Positions 41,875 through 54,234 of a stretch of 64,000 bases of DNA are shown in pieces. The DNA lies in contig MCFE01000238.1 of the NCBI GenBank assembly GCA_002104905.1, forward strand, positions 55,638-119,637, read 5' to 3'. The position numbers and the translations under genes were made by a program. Numbering within the stretch: the first letter of the stretch is position 1; every line of letters starts with the position of its first letter. Under the pieces are notes generated by a model, which worked only from the letters and a program-made list of their open reading frames with translations, did no database searches and was not told the DNA's origin. Origin of the DNA: Basidiobolus meristosporus CBS 931.73 (lineage: Eukaryota > Fungi > Basidiobolomycota).

Positions 41875-42900
41875 CTACCCCTTGAAGTCATCCATATTTT
41901 CAGTTTCGCCAGACCATGGGTGGCCAATGGATGATAACGGTGGTTGCGAAATGTGCGACGTATCAGCGAGATTTGCGTCTAGAGACCAAAGCCCAGTTTC
42001 CATTAACGCGGTATTGAAGGGATCAAGCGAGAATGGTTGATTGCAATGTCCTTGCTGAGTGATAGAGCCTCCAAAATGGCGCTGATCAATGGCTAGTGTA
42101 TTTCCATCAGTTGGTAATGAAGACATCACACCATATACCGAATTTTGGTGTGAGGATGCTCCAATGGATGGTTGAAAATGCTCTGCATCCTTTGAAGGTT
42201 GCGGCACTTGTTGCTGGGTTGGTGGATTAGGAGTGTTGGAGCTAGTACTCGAACTGCGGATTGAAGCCGACTTTTTTGAGTTCCTGCGCTTGTTAGATCT
42301 CTCTGGTGCGTATTTGTAGTTTGGATACATTTCTTTGTGCAGACGCTTTTTATCCTCAGCGGATAGCTGGTAGCGCTCTTTAACATCAAACGGGGCATCC
42401 TTCCACATTTGGCCTATCACCTTGGAAACTTCGGAATTTGAAATCCCAGGGTTCTGCGCAAAAATGCTTGCTTGCACATCCTTCCGGAAAAGTAAAAAAG
42501 GATTCAGAGGTCTTGGTGGCTTCAGGACCTTCTTGCTGGAGTCAGTGTCCTCTTCAGCATAGGTTGATGATCGAGGAGAATTGGATTGTGAGGTGGTTGT
42601 CGATGTGGATGTATTCTCGCATTTAGGAACAGGGACAACAGTGGCCACCTGGGTCTGGAGCTCCTGATAATGGCATTGAGGAATAAGAACCGGAGTGTAA
42701 CCCTGGGGAACTACGCAAAAAGAGTAGTTGTGTACAGCAATGGACTGGGTGATGTCCTGAAATGTGTTGCTATAGAAAAAGGTCAGCGGGATGCTATTCA
42801 CCATATTCGAGGCCAAAGGATCTTCTGGGCATAGCATTGATATTCCTACTAATGACGGTAACTGATATTTTACGTCCGCGACAGAAAACAACGAGTCCAT
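41875..42900 (-). CDS. HMG-box transcription factor (SOX/MATA-HMG type)
   Basis: PPRPLNPFLLFRKD..NPGISNSEVSKVIGQMWK..KERY..HKEMYPNYKYAP. ATG at 42900. Confidence 0.9.
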   Translation of the reverse strand: MDSLFSVADVKYQLPSLVGISMLCPEDPLASNMVNSIPLTFFYSNTFQDITQSIAVHNYSFCVVPQGYTPVLIPQCHYQELQTQVATVVPVPKCENTSTSTTTSQSNSPRSSTYAEEDTDSSKKVLKPPRPLNPFLLFRKDVQASIFAQNPGISNSEVSKVIGQMWKDAPFDVKERYQLSAEDKKRLHKEMYPNYKYAPERSNKRRNSKKSASIRSSSTSSNTPNPPTQQQVPQPSKDAEHFQPSIGASSHQNSVYGVMSSLPTDGNTLAIDQRHFGGSITQQGHCNQPFSLDPFNTALMETGLWSLDANLADTSHISQPPLSSIGHPWSGETENMDDFKG

Positions 42901-45325
42901 TGGTACACTACTCTTGGATATTCGGCAAAGATACTCGATCAGGGCGGGTAATGAGAGCAAATTTGAGTTTGAGTTGCTGACTCTTACATCAGTCAGAGAA
43001 TACCGGCGTATATATAGTTAGAAACGTGTACTACTTCAAGTAGATCACTTGCTTACCGTCTGATTGCCTAATCTCATATCAAGTGGGTATTTTAATTGTA
43101 TACAGTTGCAAGACATCAAGGATGTATAAATAAGTGGGCTGCACAAAATCCGAAACCTATTCTTGGTTCCAATGCCCTCGGTACGTGGCACATGTAAGGT
43201 CTAAATTTGGAAGATGTAAATTTTGAGTTTACATATTAGTCACCAATGCTTGAATTTCTCAAAACTTCGAGATGATTGATGTCATTCGAAGCCTACTCCC
43301 ACATATCATGAGCGGAGTGGAACAATTGCTGAGTACACTAATGCTAATAAATCCAGAAAAAAGAAACAACTTCCAGAGAGCTAATGGGCCATCTGAGATT
43401 CTTCGCTAGTACTGACATAATGATTTCAGATCAATATAGAATGCGAACATAGCTGCTTCCTCAGGTGCCTGAGTACGATCCATACACAAGGTACATGGTT
43501 AACTGGTTTACTCTTTTAGGCTTAACTAGTTTAGCCATCGTATCAGACCTTTCTAAATACCGCACTCGGACTATGCTGATTGTGCTATTAGCCTAGGATC
43601 TTCGTAGAATCACTCAAGTGATTATGCGCCCATAATTAGGATCGGTATCCATACTATTTGCGCCTGATGAGTTTGAAACAGCTGTCTTACTCCGTCCATA
43701 CATTCTTTGGATTTTCTGTTTCTGTTCTATCAGTACTACCTATCCAGGCTTATACATGACTCCGCCGGGTCAAAGACCCAAGGCTAGCTTCCATATCTCG
43801 CCAGAATCTGGGCATGACTCACTGTATCCATATTCTGTGCAGCGCACTCTCGGATTGGCACATTTCGAAATGATCCACGTTTGCTGCTGTGCTCCGCACT
43901 GTTAATTCCCACTCCGATTAACCACATCACCAGGTAATAAGGTTGTGCTGATCGTCGGGGAACATCAATACATGAATCATTCATTAGCCAGGCTGGCGCG
44001 GTAGAATACAGGAATATCCACGCTTCACTACTGCGGATTGTGCTATACTGGACACTTGTGTGACTGTTTATTCGTCATAGAGGTTGCTCAACTCTTGGTA
44101 TGTCAGCTGCTTTGGAAGGAGGGTCCTGATGACCAACTTGCCGCCATAAGGTGAAGATAGAGAAATAAACCTCTGTAACTCAAGTTTAGGTTGTCAGGTG
44201 AGAAAGGTTACTCATTACACCCACATACCAAAATGGATGTCACGTTTCACGGCAAGGGAATGTGTAATTTTATTCAATCGCCTCCATAGGCAGCCGGGTC
44301 ACAAGTCTCGGATCAATCCAGGCCAGATAGATCTCCGAGTATGGCAAGAAATCGACTTGACCTCCCCGTATCACTCTAGAAGGTAAATACCGGAAAACCA
44401 GGAATCGCCCACAGTACAATCGAAACTTGGCAACTTTTTTGCAAGTGCCAAGCTATTGCACCTTGTGGACTCCGCCAGAAACTCGATTGGACTCGATGTG
44501 CAGTGGGAACAGAATGGAGAATCAGGAGGTAAGAACGAAAAGGGCTTGGCCAATAAATTGCCGAGGATTTTATCTGTGGTGCAACACTTGGCATAGGTAG
44601 GATACTGATCCTCTGTGTCACGAGTGAGTCTGAACGCAACGAGATCATCGGTAGCAAGCCACAGGTGTTTATCAGGAGGAATTCCATCGCCCCAGGTGAG
44701 CCAAGGCTTGCTTTACCATCCATGGTAATCACCACCAAAAACTTCCTATTTATGGGCTACGATATTTAAGTGAAATATGCTATTCAAAAAAGATTACCAG
44801 TGGAATTCTTGAGCTATGGGCGGATTGGCTACCTGCTATTCAAGGCTGCATCGTGTCAATTGGTAGCACATCTTGAATGATGTGACCAGGTGCCTATTTT
44901 CTTACCTAGCAGGTAGTTTTACCACCATCCGCTTTATCGTGTTGTTGGCATTTACCACTCACACAGTGGCTATTTTTTCTAGCCGGGGATCACATTGTTG
45001 CACTGAATCACGAAACATTGCGGAAAATGGGAGTTGAAATAGTTGGGTTGGACGTCATTTGTACCTCAGGTCCATCTTCCCAGCCACCTTTTTAAGAAAA
45101 CTTCATGGCAGTAGCCTCCAAGGGCGGCGCCCTTCTATTCCATTGCTAATTGCCATGTTTTTCACTGATGTTCGCCACATTTAATTTCATCTGTTTGTAT
45201 CCTGGTAAAAAATCTAATTTTCCTGGAATTGACGTTCCATGTTACTGACTGGAAACTCTAAATATACAAATAAACAATCATGTTACTTTAAATGTCTCGA
45301 CTAATCATACTCTCACATCACGTGG

Positions 45326-46876
45326 ATGCTCCAAAAATTTGGTTTGTACCAGAATGTACAACTTATCTTTTGCAAGTTGAAAGACAAAGCTTGTCGGGAA
45401 AATGTCAGATTTGGAAGTGTGCATCTTGCCGTATCGACTAAAGATTGCTTCAATAGCGAAGGAGAATCTTTCCATTTGCGCACATACTATTATAAAGCTA
45501 CTTTTGTTTCCCAGAGAGTAACCCTAATTAGTTTTATTATCCGCTCTTGATGAGATTTACTCATTCTTGTTTAGTGGGAAAGATTTTTTTAGTTTTACTG
45601 AGACCCCTCTGAATATCTCTCTAATTGTTGATGAGGCTGCAGTAGAATCCTTTCCTCCTGAAGCTAAGGTTGATGTTTCTCCAACTGTATTCATACCATT
45701 TCAAATCTTAACAGGACAGAGTGGAACCGGTAAGGGTTCAATCTTGTTCAATTGAGCTTTATCTACAAATATTAATGAAATTTTTTTCAAGTTCCCGTAC
45801 TGCATTCCATTGCTGTTCCTTTAGCCAATAACGGCATCTCTATATTACAACTGTCAACATATGAAACAGATTATACTTTGGTTAGTCTTTTCGGTTTGCT
45901 CTGGATCGGTTCGCAACTGACGTATTCCCTTTAGATACCAGAGGAACTTGTCAAGAAAGCGCTATCGTGCTTTCCCCCAACATTTGTTATTCGCGATGAA
46001 TCACGCCTTTTCGAAGATGCAATACCCAACTTTCAATCTCCCTTCTACAATGGTATTTGCATTTTTTTGTCTTGTACTTTACATAACCACTAACTAGGAT
46101 AACTATTTAGCTAAAAGGAATAGCGTCAACGGTTCTTGTCTATCCATGCAGCTGCAGGATGGCGAGAAAACAGACGGTGATCAGTGGATTAATCCAGAGT
46201 TTTTGTCGAAGATCGCCACTTCAGAACAAATCACCAATTTACGCCGTGTAGTGAGTTTCCCGGACTGCCCGGTTTACGTGACTTCGCTAGTTGGAAGTGT
46301 TGAAGCGGTTCAAAACACCATGTCCATTCCACTGATAAATCTATTGTTTTATAGTGATGATAGGTACGCCTATTTTTCCATAGCTTGATCTAGCCAGATC
46401 CATCGTTCATTAGATCGTTTTCTAGGGAGCGAGGAGACCGCTTTTTCTCGTTTACTCGGACTGCGGAGAATGCCTCTTTGATCTTAAGTGAGCCTTGTCT
46501 TTCGCTATTTCCACCTGGGAGCCTCAATTTTTGCGGCGGTTCGTGGTCAATTCTCAAAATCGAAGATGTGGCATTTGCTTTTGGTAAGAGTTAGTTCAAC
46601 GTAATCGAGGAGCATTCATATCTCATACTATGCCTTTTAAGAACAATGTGGTATTGTTCGAGATTTTACGGAGAAACTCAAGAACTTGGGAATATCCATT
46701 TTTTACCTAACCACCTATCATACTGATTATCTATTGGTAAGTCCCAAGTAAATTGCGTGACGTTTAGTTGATTAATTGGAGTAATCTGGCGTGTGCTGTA
46801 GGTAAATCAAGAGGACTATCATGCTGTGATGAATGCTCTCGTACACTACGATTCTACGGATATCTCCGGTCATTAA
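45326..46876 (+). CDS. CASTOR/GATS-like tandem ACT-domain protein (multi-exon)
   Basis: FFSFTETPLNISLIVDE, NGISILQLSTYETDYTL, FFSFTRTAENASLIL and FEQCGIV..LGISIFYLTTYHTDYLLV follow the CASTOR ACT1-4 layout. Confidence 0.78.
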
Positions 46877-48775
46877 TCTAGTCACTTCGTAATCTTTTTC
46901 CTTTCCTCATGTAACAGCTTAATCGATCGGGCATAGTATTTTGGATGGCGTTTACACCCCCGTCAATCATATTACTTGATATTCTGACATTTCATGTTGG
47001 GCCCGTATCACTCGATGGCTCCCTAACCCATTCTCTCTTTCTGTATTAGATTGCCAATTCCATTTCATATCAACACAATGGCTATGTAAACTATAGAATC
47101 CCTATTTTCCCGTATGATTGATATACGAGAGAGAAGACGCATCAGTAGTATGTTAGGCTGTCTCAGTATTAGGAAATAGAAATGCAAAGTTTAGTTTATA
47201 AAATTATAATGGTTGGAGTACACGTCTATAAGCAGTCACTTCGAAACAAACTAAACACTTCCGTGGCCGCATCCCGGAATAATCATTTTACATATTTGGA
47301 AGAGATATCGATGTTGAGAATACCAGCATCTCGTTAATTTCAAGAGGCCATTCCGCCATATCGACCATTCCGTAAATCCCGTGTTTCAAGGCAAAACGGC
47401 TACTTGTTTGTTAGACAAGAAGCTGATTCATATACTTTGTCTCAGATGGCCAGACCACCTAATGGGCTCTCCTTGATCATTTGGATTTCCATTCGTTCAG
47501 CAGATTGAGGGGTGTTTGGACGAGCCACTAGGTTGTTTCACAATGAGTGCCCCCTTAAATGCATCCAAATTAGTCTCGTTCCGGTTGCTTTAGGAAGATG
47601 TCAAAGAAATATGATCGTGAAAGATGCTTAGTTGAGCATTGCGAGAGTCTTCACAGGTTTCCGTAACAATGAAATGTAATATGTACACTCCCCCCGGGAA
47701 GTATCTTGATCTCTCAGCGTCGGGATACTGCGAAGACACCCCTAAGCTAGTAAATCTGGGTCATCCTCAATGATTGCCCAAGCATCATCTTATTCGAGCG
47801 GTTTGTCATATATCAAAGTATACCCCATGCGGAGATGATGAAACATAGGCGTTGAAAATCTAAATAAGACTGATTAGAGCCAACACAACAAACGCCCCTT
47901 CAGCCGTGCATTCATTGCCCTCGGCTCCATACCATCTTATGAGTAGAAGTCTGATATATTAAAATTGTTGGCGGCATATGTATACATGCGAAATCCAAAA
48001 TCACCTCACGCCTAAATGTGAAACCCGAGTGATGGTACACATGGTGCACTTGGTATGGCTACTCCAAAACCGCTAGTCTTGAACACTCAATTTTATGGGT
48101 CACGCAGCAGCCAAGCAAACGTACTAGGGGTCTAACACTTAACAATAGGCTCGAGGCTCTAACCTTTTAAATTCGTTGTGCAGTCAAGCCTGGCTACGTT
48201 ATCAAATCAAGGTTACACATCAATTGAGGATTTGTGGCATCGGTTGAAAAGGGGATATCTATGTGTCAATGGTGGTACCTTATTGCTTTTGTGGATGGGC
48301 CGGATTCAATAAAAAGGGTCCTCGACACGAATGGTTGGTCACTTCTCCGTGTAACATTTTAGGAGTACATCTGCATATAACAGTCAGTGTGGACGCTTTT
48401 GAGACCTAGCCAGTAAAAGCATAGGCTACTGGAGAGTACATCAATGCACAGCACATTAATGGCAATTTTTATCTTCAAATCACTTGGTTGTGAGTAAATG
48501 GAATCATGTATCGTGTATCGCTATTGAAGCGAAACTGCATATGGCGGGTTTTCATATTGTGAACCTGTATTTTAATCCAGCCATATACTCGGCTAGCAGA
48601 GTGGATGAGGATTCAGCCAAATAAATGGTGGATTGGAAGCCAAACGTCGGAACTGATCAATCAGCACACGCTTTTAGATATAAATTGGGAGGTGCTCACG
48701 AAATGCCTCATAGTTCTATGACACCTTCCTAGAGTCAGTTTTCTTTTTAGACTCTTTCTGATATCAACCCACCAC

Positions 48776-49438
48776 ATGTGTAGCAACCTCAACAAGGTAA
48801 CCCAAATATACTCTAAAGACATCATCGAAGATGTCTTACAGCGTACTGAATCGCACGACTTGGTGACAATCGCTCATAGAATCCCGGATTGCAAAGAAGT
48901 GGCAGTTGAAGAGCTAGAAAGAAGATTAAGGATGCAGCGCCTTCACATCACCCTGGAGCAGGGGGATTCCAAACAGATCCTGACTTTTGAACTTGTGAGT
49001 ATAGACGATCAATATGCCACATTTGAAAGCAGGGTCAATTCGTTACCCATTTTACTGCATTATAACACGATACCTACCAAAGTGATTGCAATTCATATGG
49101 AGTACGAGAAAACCAATTTACTCTTTAAATCCGCCGTTGTAGATATTAAGGATATTGATGTGAAGTGCGTATCTCAAAATACCTCATGGCAGCTGGTGTA
49201 TGAAGTAGATTCTGAGTCCCCAGCATCCGAGGATCGGGTGGTTCTACCTCGCAGCTTTGAATGTCAACTGGAATTTCTGTTTGCCAATTCGAGGGAGGCC
49301 GCAAACTGGTCGCAGAGAGTGCGAGGCTGGTTTAGTAAGTGTAATTGGGAATCACAGTTACTTGAGCAATGCGAAGAAACACAAAAGCTAGCCGATATTT
49401 CATTGCGTGAAAAGGAGATTCACTACAAATGTAAGTAG
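48776..49438 (+). CDS. Intronless 220-aa protein; paralogue of 29871-30551
   Basis: YSKDIIEDVLQ, ERRLRMQRL, WQLVYE..SEDRVVLPRSFECQLEFLF. Confidence 0.65.
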   Translation: MCSNLNKVTQIYSKDIIEDVLQRTESHDLVTIAHRIPDCKEVAVEELERRLRMQRLHITLEQGDSKQILTFELVSIDDQYATFESRVNSLPILLHYNTIPTKVIAIHMEYEKTNLLFKSAVVDIKDIDVKCVSQNTSWQLVYEVDSESPASEDRVVLPRSFECQLEFLFANSREAANWSQRVRGWFSKCNWESQLLEQCEETQKLADISLREKEIHYKCK

Positions 49439-50445
49439 TCGAAAAACCTTTTTCAGGATGACTCTTTGTTCCTCTGTGCCTCACTTGTATATAATTATGC
49501 TGCATAACCATTAGTATTCATGAACATCTCTTGAAGCCGATGTTTTCAATAAAGCACCCGATTAAAAGATGATACAGTCGGGAGCATACTATAAATCCTT
49601 TGACTGGAGATGTAACAAGTATCGCATGAATCCGTAGATGCCCATCATATTGAGGCGTATAGTGAGTGGAGTGCTGTAACACAATGGTGGTGTTGATTAC
49701 TTAAAACGTATGTAAGATCGTATAAAGCAGCCAACTGGCTGGTATATACAGTAACGTAACGGGTATTATGGGTGTTTTATGATAATAGTTTACTAACGTT
49801 ATATTGCATCATTGAGTATCGATGACTAGCTGCGGCGAATAACCATAGGAGCAAGATTCTGATTCAAAATGTAGTCCATAGACGTCGATAATGCATATAA
49901 AAGTCCTGACATATGCCAATCCAATGAAACAGAGGTGGCTGATCGTATATTGTGCCCTTATCAAAGAGGCAGTCTGGCCGTTTGACTCATGGGAAAGAGT
50001 GCTGGAGCAGCGCCAACTCCAACTTTTAAGAGAAACCTGGGCTGCACATGAAAAGTAATAATGTTGCTCGCCAAAAAGAACACGACTTGGCGACCTTTTC
50101 TAGCAATATAGGGTGATTTCATTAGATTTATTTTACTCAGGTATCAGACATACATTATCATTCTCTTTATTAGGTCCTTAGCATTGGCTCGGGTTGCACG
50201 AGCAACACCACGATGATGTCATCATATGAGGGTAGCATTGAAAATCCGAGGTTTAAGAATTTTGGAGTTTCTTCTGCACTGTTCATGAAGAATTTGGTGA
50301 CTGTATGTCTCATATTACCAGCCCCTATAAATGTAAAATTATTAGTAAGCAAATTCTACACATTCATCATCAAATTCCTTATGATCTAAACTTAGAGGTA
50401 TAAAGCCCAGTTGTGCTTAACCAGGAGAATCATAATCACTTCACT

Positions 50446-51398
50446 ATGGCCAAATACGTTGTGACCGGAGCCTCTCGTGGGTTGGGGCTAGAGTTCGCGC
50501 GCCAAATCCTTCAGAAGTCCGAAACTTCCGTCTTTGCTTGCTGTAGAAATCCATCATCTGCAGCCGCACTTGATAAATTAAGACAATCAGCAGGGAGCCG
50601 ATTGAGCGTTCACGAATTAGACGTCAACAGTCAGGATTCCATCGAAGTACAACGCTTTGAATGTGCATCCATTAATCAATTCCTCACAAGTTGATTCTTT
50701 ATTTCATTTAGAAAACCGCTAAAGAAATTTCAAAACTCGCTGGTGGTGGAATTGATGTATTGATAAATAATGCCGGTATCATCAATAGCTCAGGAGGGCT
50801 AACTAAAATGCAAGTATTCCATACGATCCAGTTACTTCCAAGATAATCCCATATTGAGTTTTCTGATCTCAGAACAAAAAGAGAGCTGGAAGAAATGTTC
50901 ACCACCAATGTTGCTGGTCCTGTACTTGTGACTCAACAGTTCATCCCCCTGCTTGAACAAGGAGGAAAAAAGCAAATTGTAAACATTAGCTCTAACCTGG
51001 CGTCAATTACGTTGAATGATAACAATGCACCCACGATGGGATATGGCGTAACCAAAGCAGCTCTTAACATGGGTTTGTACCTAACGAGTCGATCGAATAG
51101 TTCATTCAAGATCTAAACAATTCCCCAACAGCAACCGCATGTCTCGCGAAGGAGCTGAAAGATCAAGGCATCACTGTAATATCAATCCACCCTGGTTGGG
51201 TTCAAACTGGTATGTATTGACCGATTTCATTACTCGTATAATTTTGATATTCACAAGCCTCGTTTAGACATGGGGGGCGAGAATGCCCATCTTTCACCCG
51301 AGCAGAGTATTTCAGGGATGCTGAAAGTGATAGATGGCTTATCCCTCTCAAGTACTGGAAAATATCTGGACTACAATGGCAAGGAGTTGCCATGGTAA
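50446..51398 (+). CDS. Short-chain dehydrogenase/reductase, C-factor/CsgA-like (multi-exon)
   Basis: VVTGASRGLGLEF, LINNAG, FTTNVAGP, VNISS, YGVTKAALNM, HPGWVQTDMGG. Confidence 0.92.
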
Positions 51399-52556
51399 AC
51401 TATAATTAAAATAATTGCCTTCCAAAACTCAGATTTGATATTCCCTGTAAGCTCTACTATACACCTCTGGTTGATTGTTGAATATGGGATCAAAAATCGT
51501 AAAACTGAATAGGTATCAGTAGTTAGCTCACCTTACTCTACTCTCAAGTATTGAGCATTTGCTAAATTCCGCTCAATTTTATCTGATTGGGAATTGAAAT
51601 CCATGCAATAGCTTACTTCTAATATGGGATTGCTCGGAAGTGCATGTAAAATCCACCTGTTCATTTACTGACTAGACGTGTGGCCTTGTAACTATTCGAT
51701 ATACAGCTAGTTGTAATACTGAAAAACCGTAGAAAATATAGCGTGCGATTATCATCTAATTGACTAATGGTAACTCATGATATACGAGTAGTTTGATCTT
51801 AGAGAAGTGCTGGTTTAAACACGTAGACACGCTAGTGAGTTATCGAGTATGTTTTACGTACGTGTCGAGAGCCCTCTGCATGGACATGACAATGTGCCTA
51901 ACAACTGTAATATTAGTAGCCAATATGGGCGTACTTGGTAACCCAGTTCGCTTTTACTGCAAATAAAATTCAGGCAGTTGAGGTTAAAAATCAGTAGAGG
52001 ATGGTTTGGCCAGTCACCTCAACACTCCAATCATTGCCTGCGCGTTACCGTGACATTTTGATAGTTTAATTTACTGCAATCAACAATTGGCCTATGAGAA
52101 TTTATGACAAAAGCTTACACGGGATTGTAATGAAACCTTCTCTTGTGCAGTAGAAAAGGCTTGTGAACCACTTGTTGACGAAATACAGACCAGTAAGATA
52201 CGTTTGGGTAGCAGCATTGTAGCATTGTAATTACAGAAAAGGCCAAAAAACTTGCATATATGTAGCGGATTATGGGGTTTTACAACCTAGGTGATTGTCT
52301 TGTTACATAGGTTGATGGGTAAGATTATGCTTAGAACAGCGCGAATTCAGTTGGGTGCTGATCATATTCATGCTTCATCGAACCTCACCGCCAATAATCC
52401 ATCTTTCAGAGCGGAGTGGTATTACTCTGGTGGGAATCTTGTTCCAATCAGCACTGCGCATTAGATCCGTAATGACGATAATACTGCAGAATCAATCATA
52501 ATAATAGCATTTCAACAGGATATAGGCAATTTATTCAGGATAAATGCTATACTCCC

Positions 52557-53084
52557 TTAACTATAAGCACCATCTATAACTGCTCTACACCCTTCTGTAC
52601 TAAGCCCCATATTGCAATCATTCTTCTCATTACAACAACGGATGCAGTATTCTCCAACATCAGGCTCAATTAAGCTGACGAAGTACGTGTAGCCGTCACA
52701 CCCGGACTCCGGTGGTGCTCCTCGATTATCGAACTGGCCACCACCATCGCTACGCGACATGTTGTATGCTTCAGGGTTCATTTTACCAGTCACTTGGACG
52801 TAAGAAGTTGTCTGGTTGAAGTGCGCTGTTTGAATAAAGCCCTCTGGAAATGGCAGTGCCTTTGGTGCCACTGGAGTTGGTTTCGTACAAAACACTACCG
52901 CATCATGCTCATGCTCACCAATGATCATCGCCGGTCTAGGAGGTAAGAAAAGACAGAAATCGGTGGCATTGGTCACGGCTGTGAGGCGGTTGATGCTGGG
53001 ATCACCAATGGTGATGGGTTTGCCCACGATCGAATACGCATAGAATACTACGCTAAATAGGGAGGCCAGGCTTTTGATGAACAT
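52557..53084 (-). CDS. Small secreted Cys-rich protein (MP88/'macrophage-activating glycoprotein'-like domain)
   Basis: Signal peptide, then DFCLFLPP..IGEHE..VVFCT..YVQVTG..DGGGQFD..YCIRCC. Last conventional gene before the terminal array. Confidence 0.7.
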   Translation of the reverse strand: MFIKSLASLFSVVFYAYSIVGKPITIGDPSINRLTAVTNATDFCLFLPPRPAMIIGEHEHDAVVFCTKPTPVAPKALPFPEGFIQTAHFNQTTSYVQVTGKMNPEAYNMSRSDGGGQFDNRGAPPESGCDGYTYFVSLIEPDVGEYCIRCCNEKNDCNMGLSTEGCRAVIDGAYS

Positions 53085-53802
53085 CTTGAGGAAAGTTTCT
53101 TCGATGCAAAATATCTACTTCCCGGGTGCTGTATTTATGTGTATATTTAAAGTGCCTTTACCAATAAAAACTAGAGTCGATTGTATTCTTTCGAACATTT
53201 CTAAATTGTCAAGACCGAATACAACACCAGTGACGCGTGTGATCAGGAGATCGGTTTTACAAAGGTAAACTGGGAAAATAAGCTTCGGCCCCAGACCGAC
53301 AATTGATACCTCTAACGTTCCGATAAATCTGACTTATTCGTAGCAATCCATCTTCTAGAAGACGCCAACACCCTACCTGCGTGAGAATTGACAACTTGGA
53401 TTTCCTATGATCTATCATGATTCGTCCACTACTATATGAAATCATGCCTATTCAAGAAATGCAGCCATCCAATCCTTTGACATCTACTGCCAGTATCAGG
53501 GAATATTTCAATATGCAGCCACCACTATTGTGGTCTATGTCCATCTCTCAGCGTCTGGATTATGCTAGGAATCTCAGTGTCTTGGTGCACTTATTCACTA
53601 TATGATGGAAGATCATTACAAATGCGATCAACTAATCCAGCTAGCACTTTCTCTCACCATTGGATACATCTTAAGTCCTATCTAGTATATGGTATCTGAT
53701 GTATAGTATAGAACTTGAGAGTATCTAACTTTGCATTGAGCTTGGGCATGTAATTCATGGGGAATATTTGACTGTTGCTGAATTGGCCATGATTTGTTGG
53801 CC

Positions 53803-54054
53803 TTAGGGTTAGGGTTCTAGTGCTTTATTGGGAAATTTGCACATGAAGTGCAATCTTGAAATAGGACAAAGTCATATGAGTACAGCAACTAATATAAGAA
53901 GATGACAACTACTTTGCCAGTAAAAGGGGTGAAGGAAACTGTAAAAGCTATAATGAAAAAGGTGTGGACACAAGAAATTTACAGTACCATTCATTACCCT
54001 ACACTGCAAGTAAGCTAAAGGAACATAAGGGGAAGCTTTAACATAAGGAACTAA
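53803..54054 (-). mobile_element. Unit E: innermost ~250-bp non-coding array unit ending AATAAAG-CACTAG-AA(CCCTAA)2
   Basis: Plus strand 53803 reads ttagggttagggtt-ctagtg-ctttatt. Same polarity as the other units (AATAAAG just before CCCTAA repeats). No CpG seen. Confidence 0.5.
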
Positions 54055-54234
54055 AGGGTTAGGGTAGGGGAGGGAAAGTCACCAAGTTAGTGAAATCTTT
54101 ATTTAAGCTAAGAACTAACCTAAGTACAAATAAAGAAGCCAATTAAGAGGTCTAGAACCTCTCCAATAAGTAATCTAATTTATGTTTTGTTTCATCTCTA
54201 ATGTTTGTTTCAATGAAATAAAGCTCATCAGGGG
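54055..54234 (-). mobile_element. Unit B2: ~170-bp 5'-truncated 3' end of family B retrotransposon
   Basis: Near-identical to 57160-57325, including the ORF2 C-terminal codons DEL..ERF* (stop 54152-54154). Attached through agggttagggtagggg. Confidence 0.9.

Noticed and set aside
44370-44760. Overlapping minus-strand ORFs of 60-120 aa
   Set aside because: No recognisable domain, and the most protein-like frame has an in-frame stop and no start.
44844-44895. tRNA-like D-arm (GTGTCAATTGGTAGCAC) followed by a hairpin
   Set aside because: 6-nt loop, no TTC-containing T-arm and no acceptor stem.
47200-47950. Protein-like fragments on the minus strand (AWAIIEDDPDLLA*, HGIYGMVDMAEW)
   Set aside because: Multiple stops, and no family could be assigned by eye.
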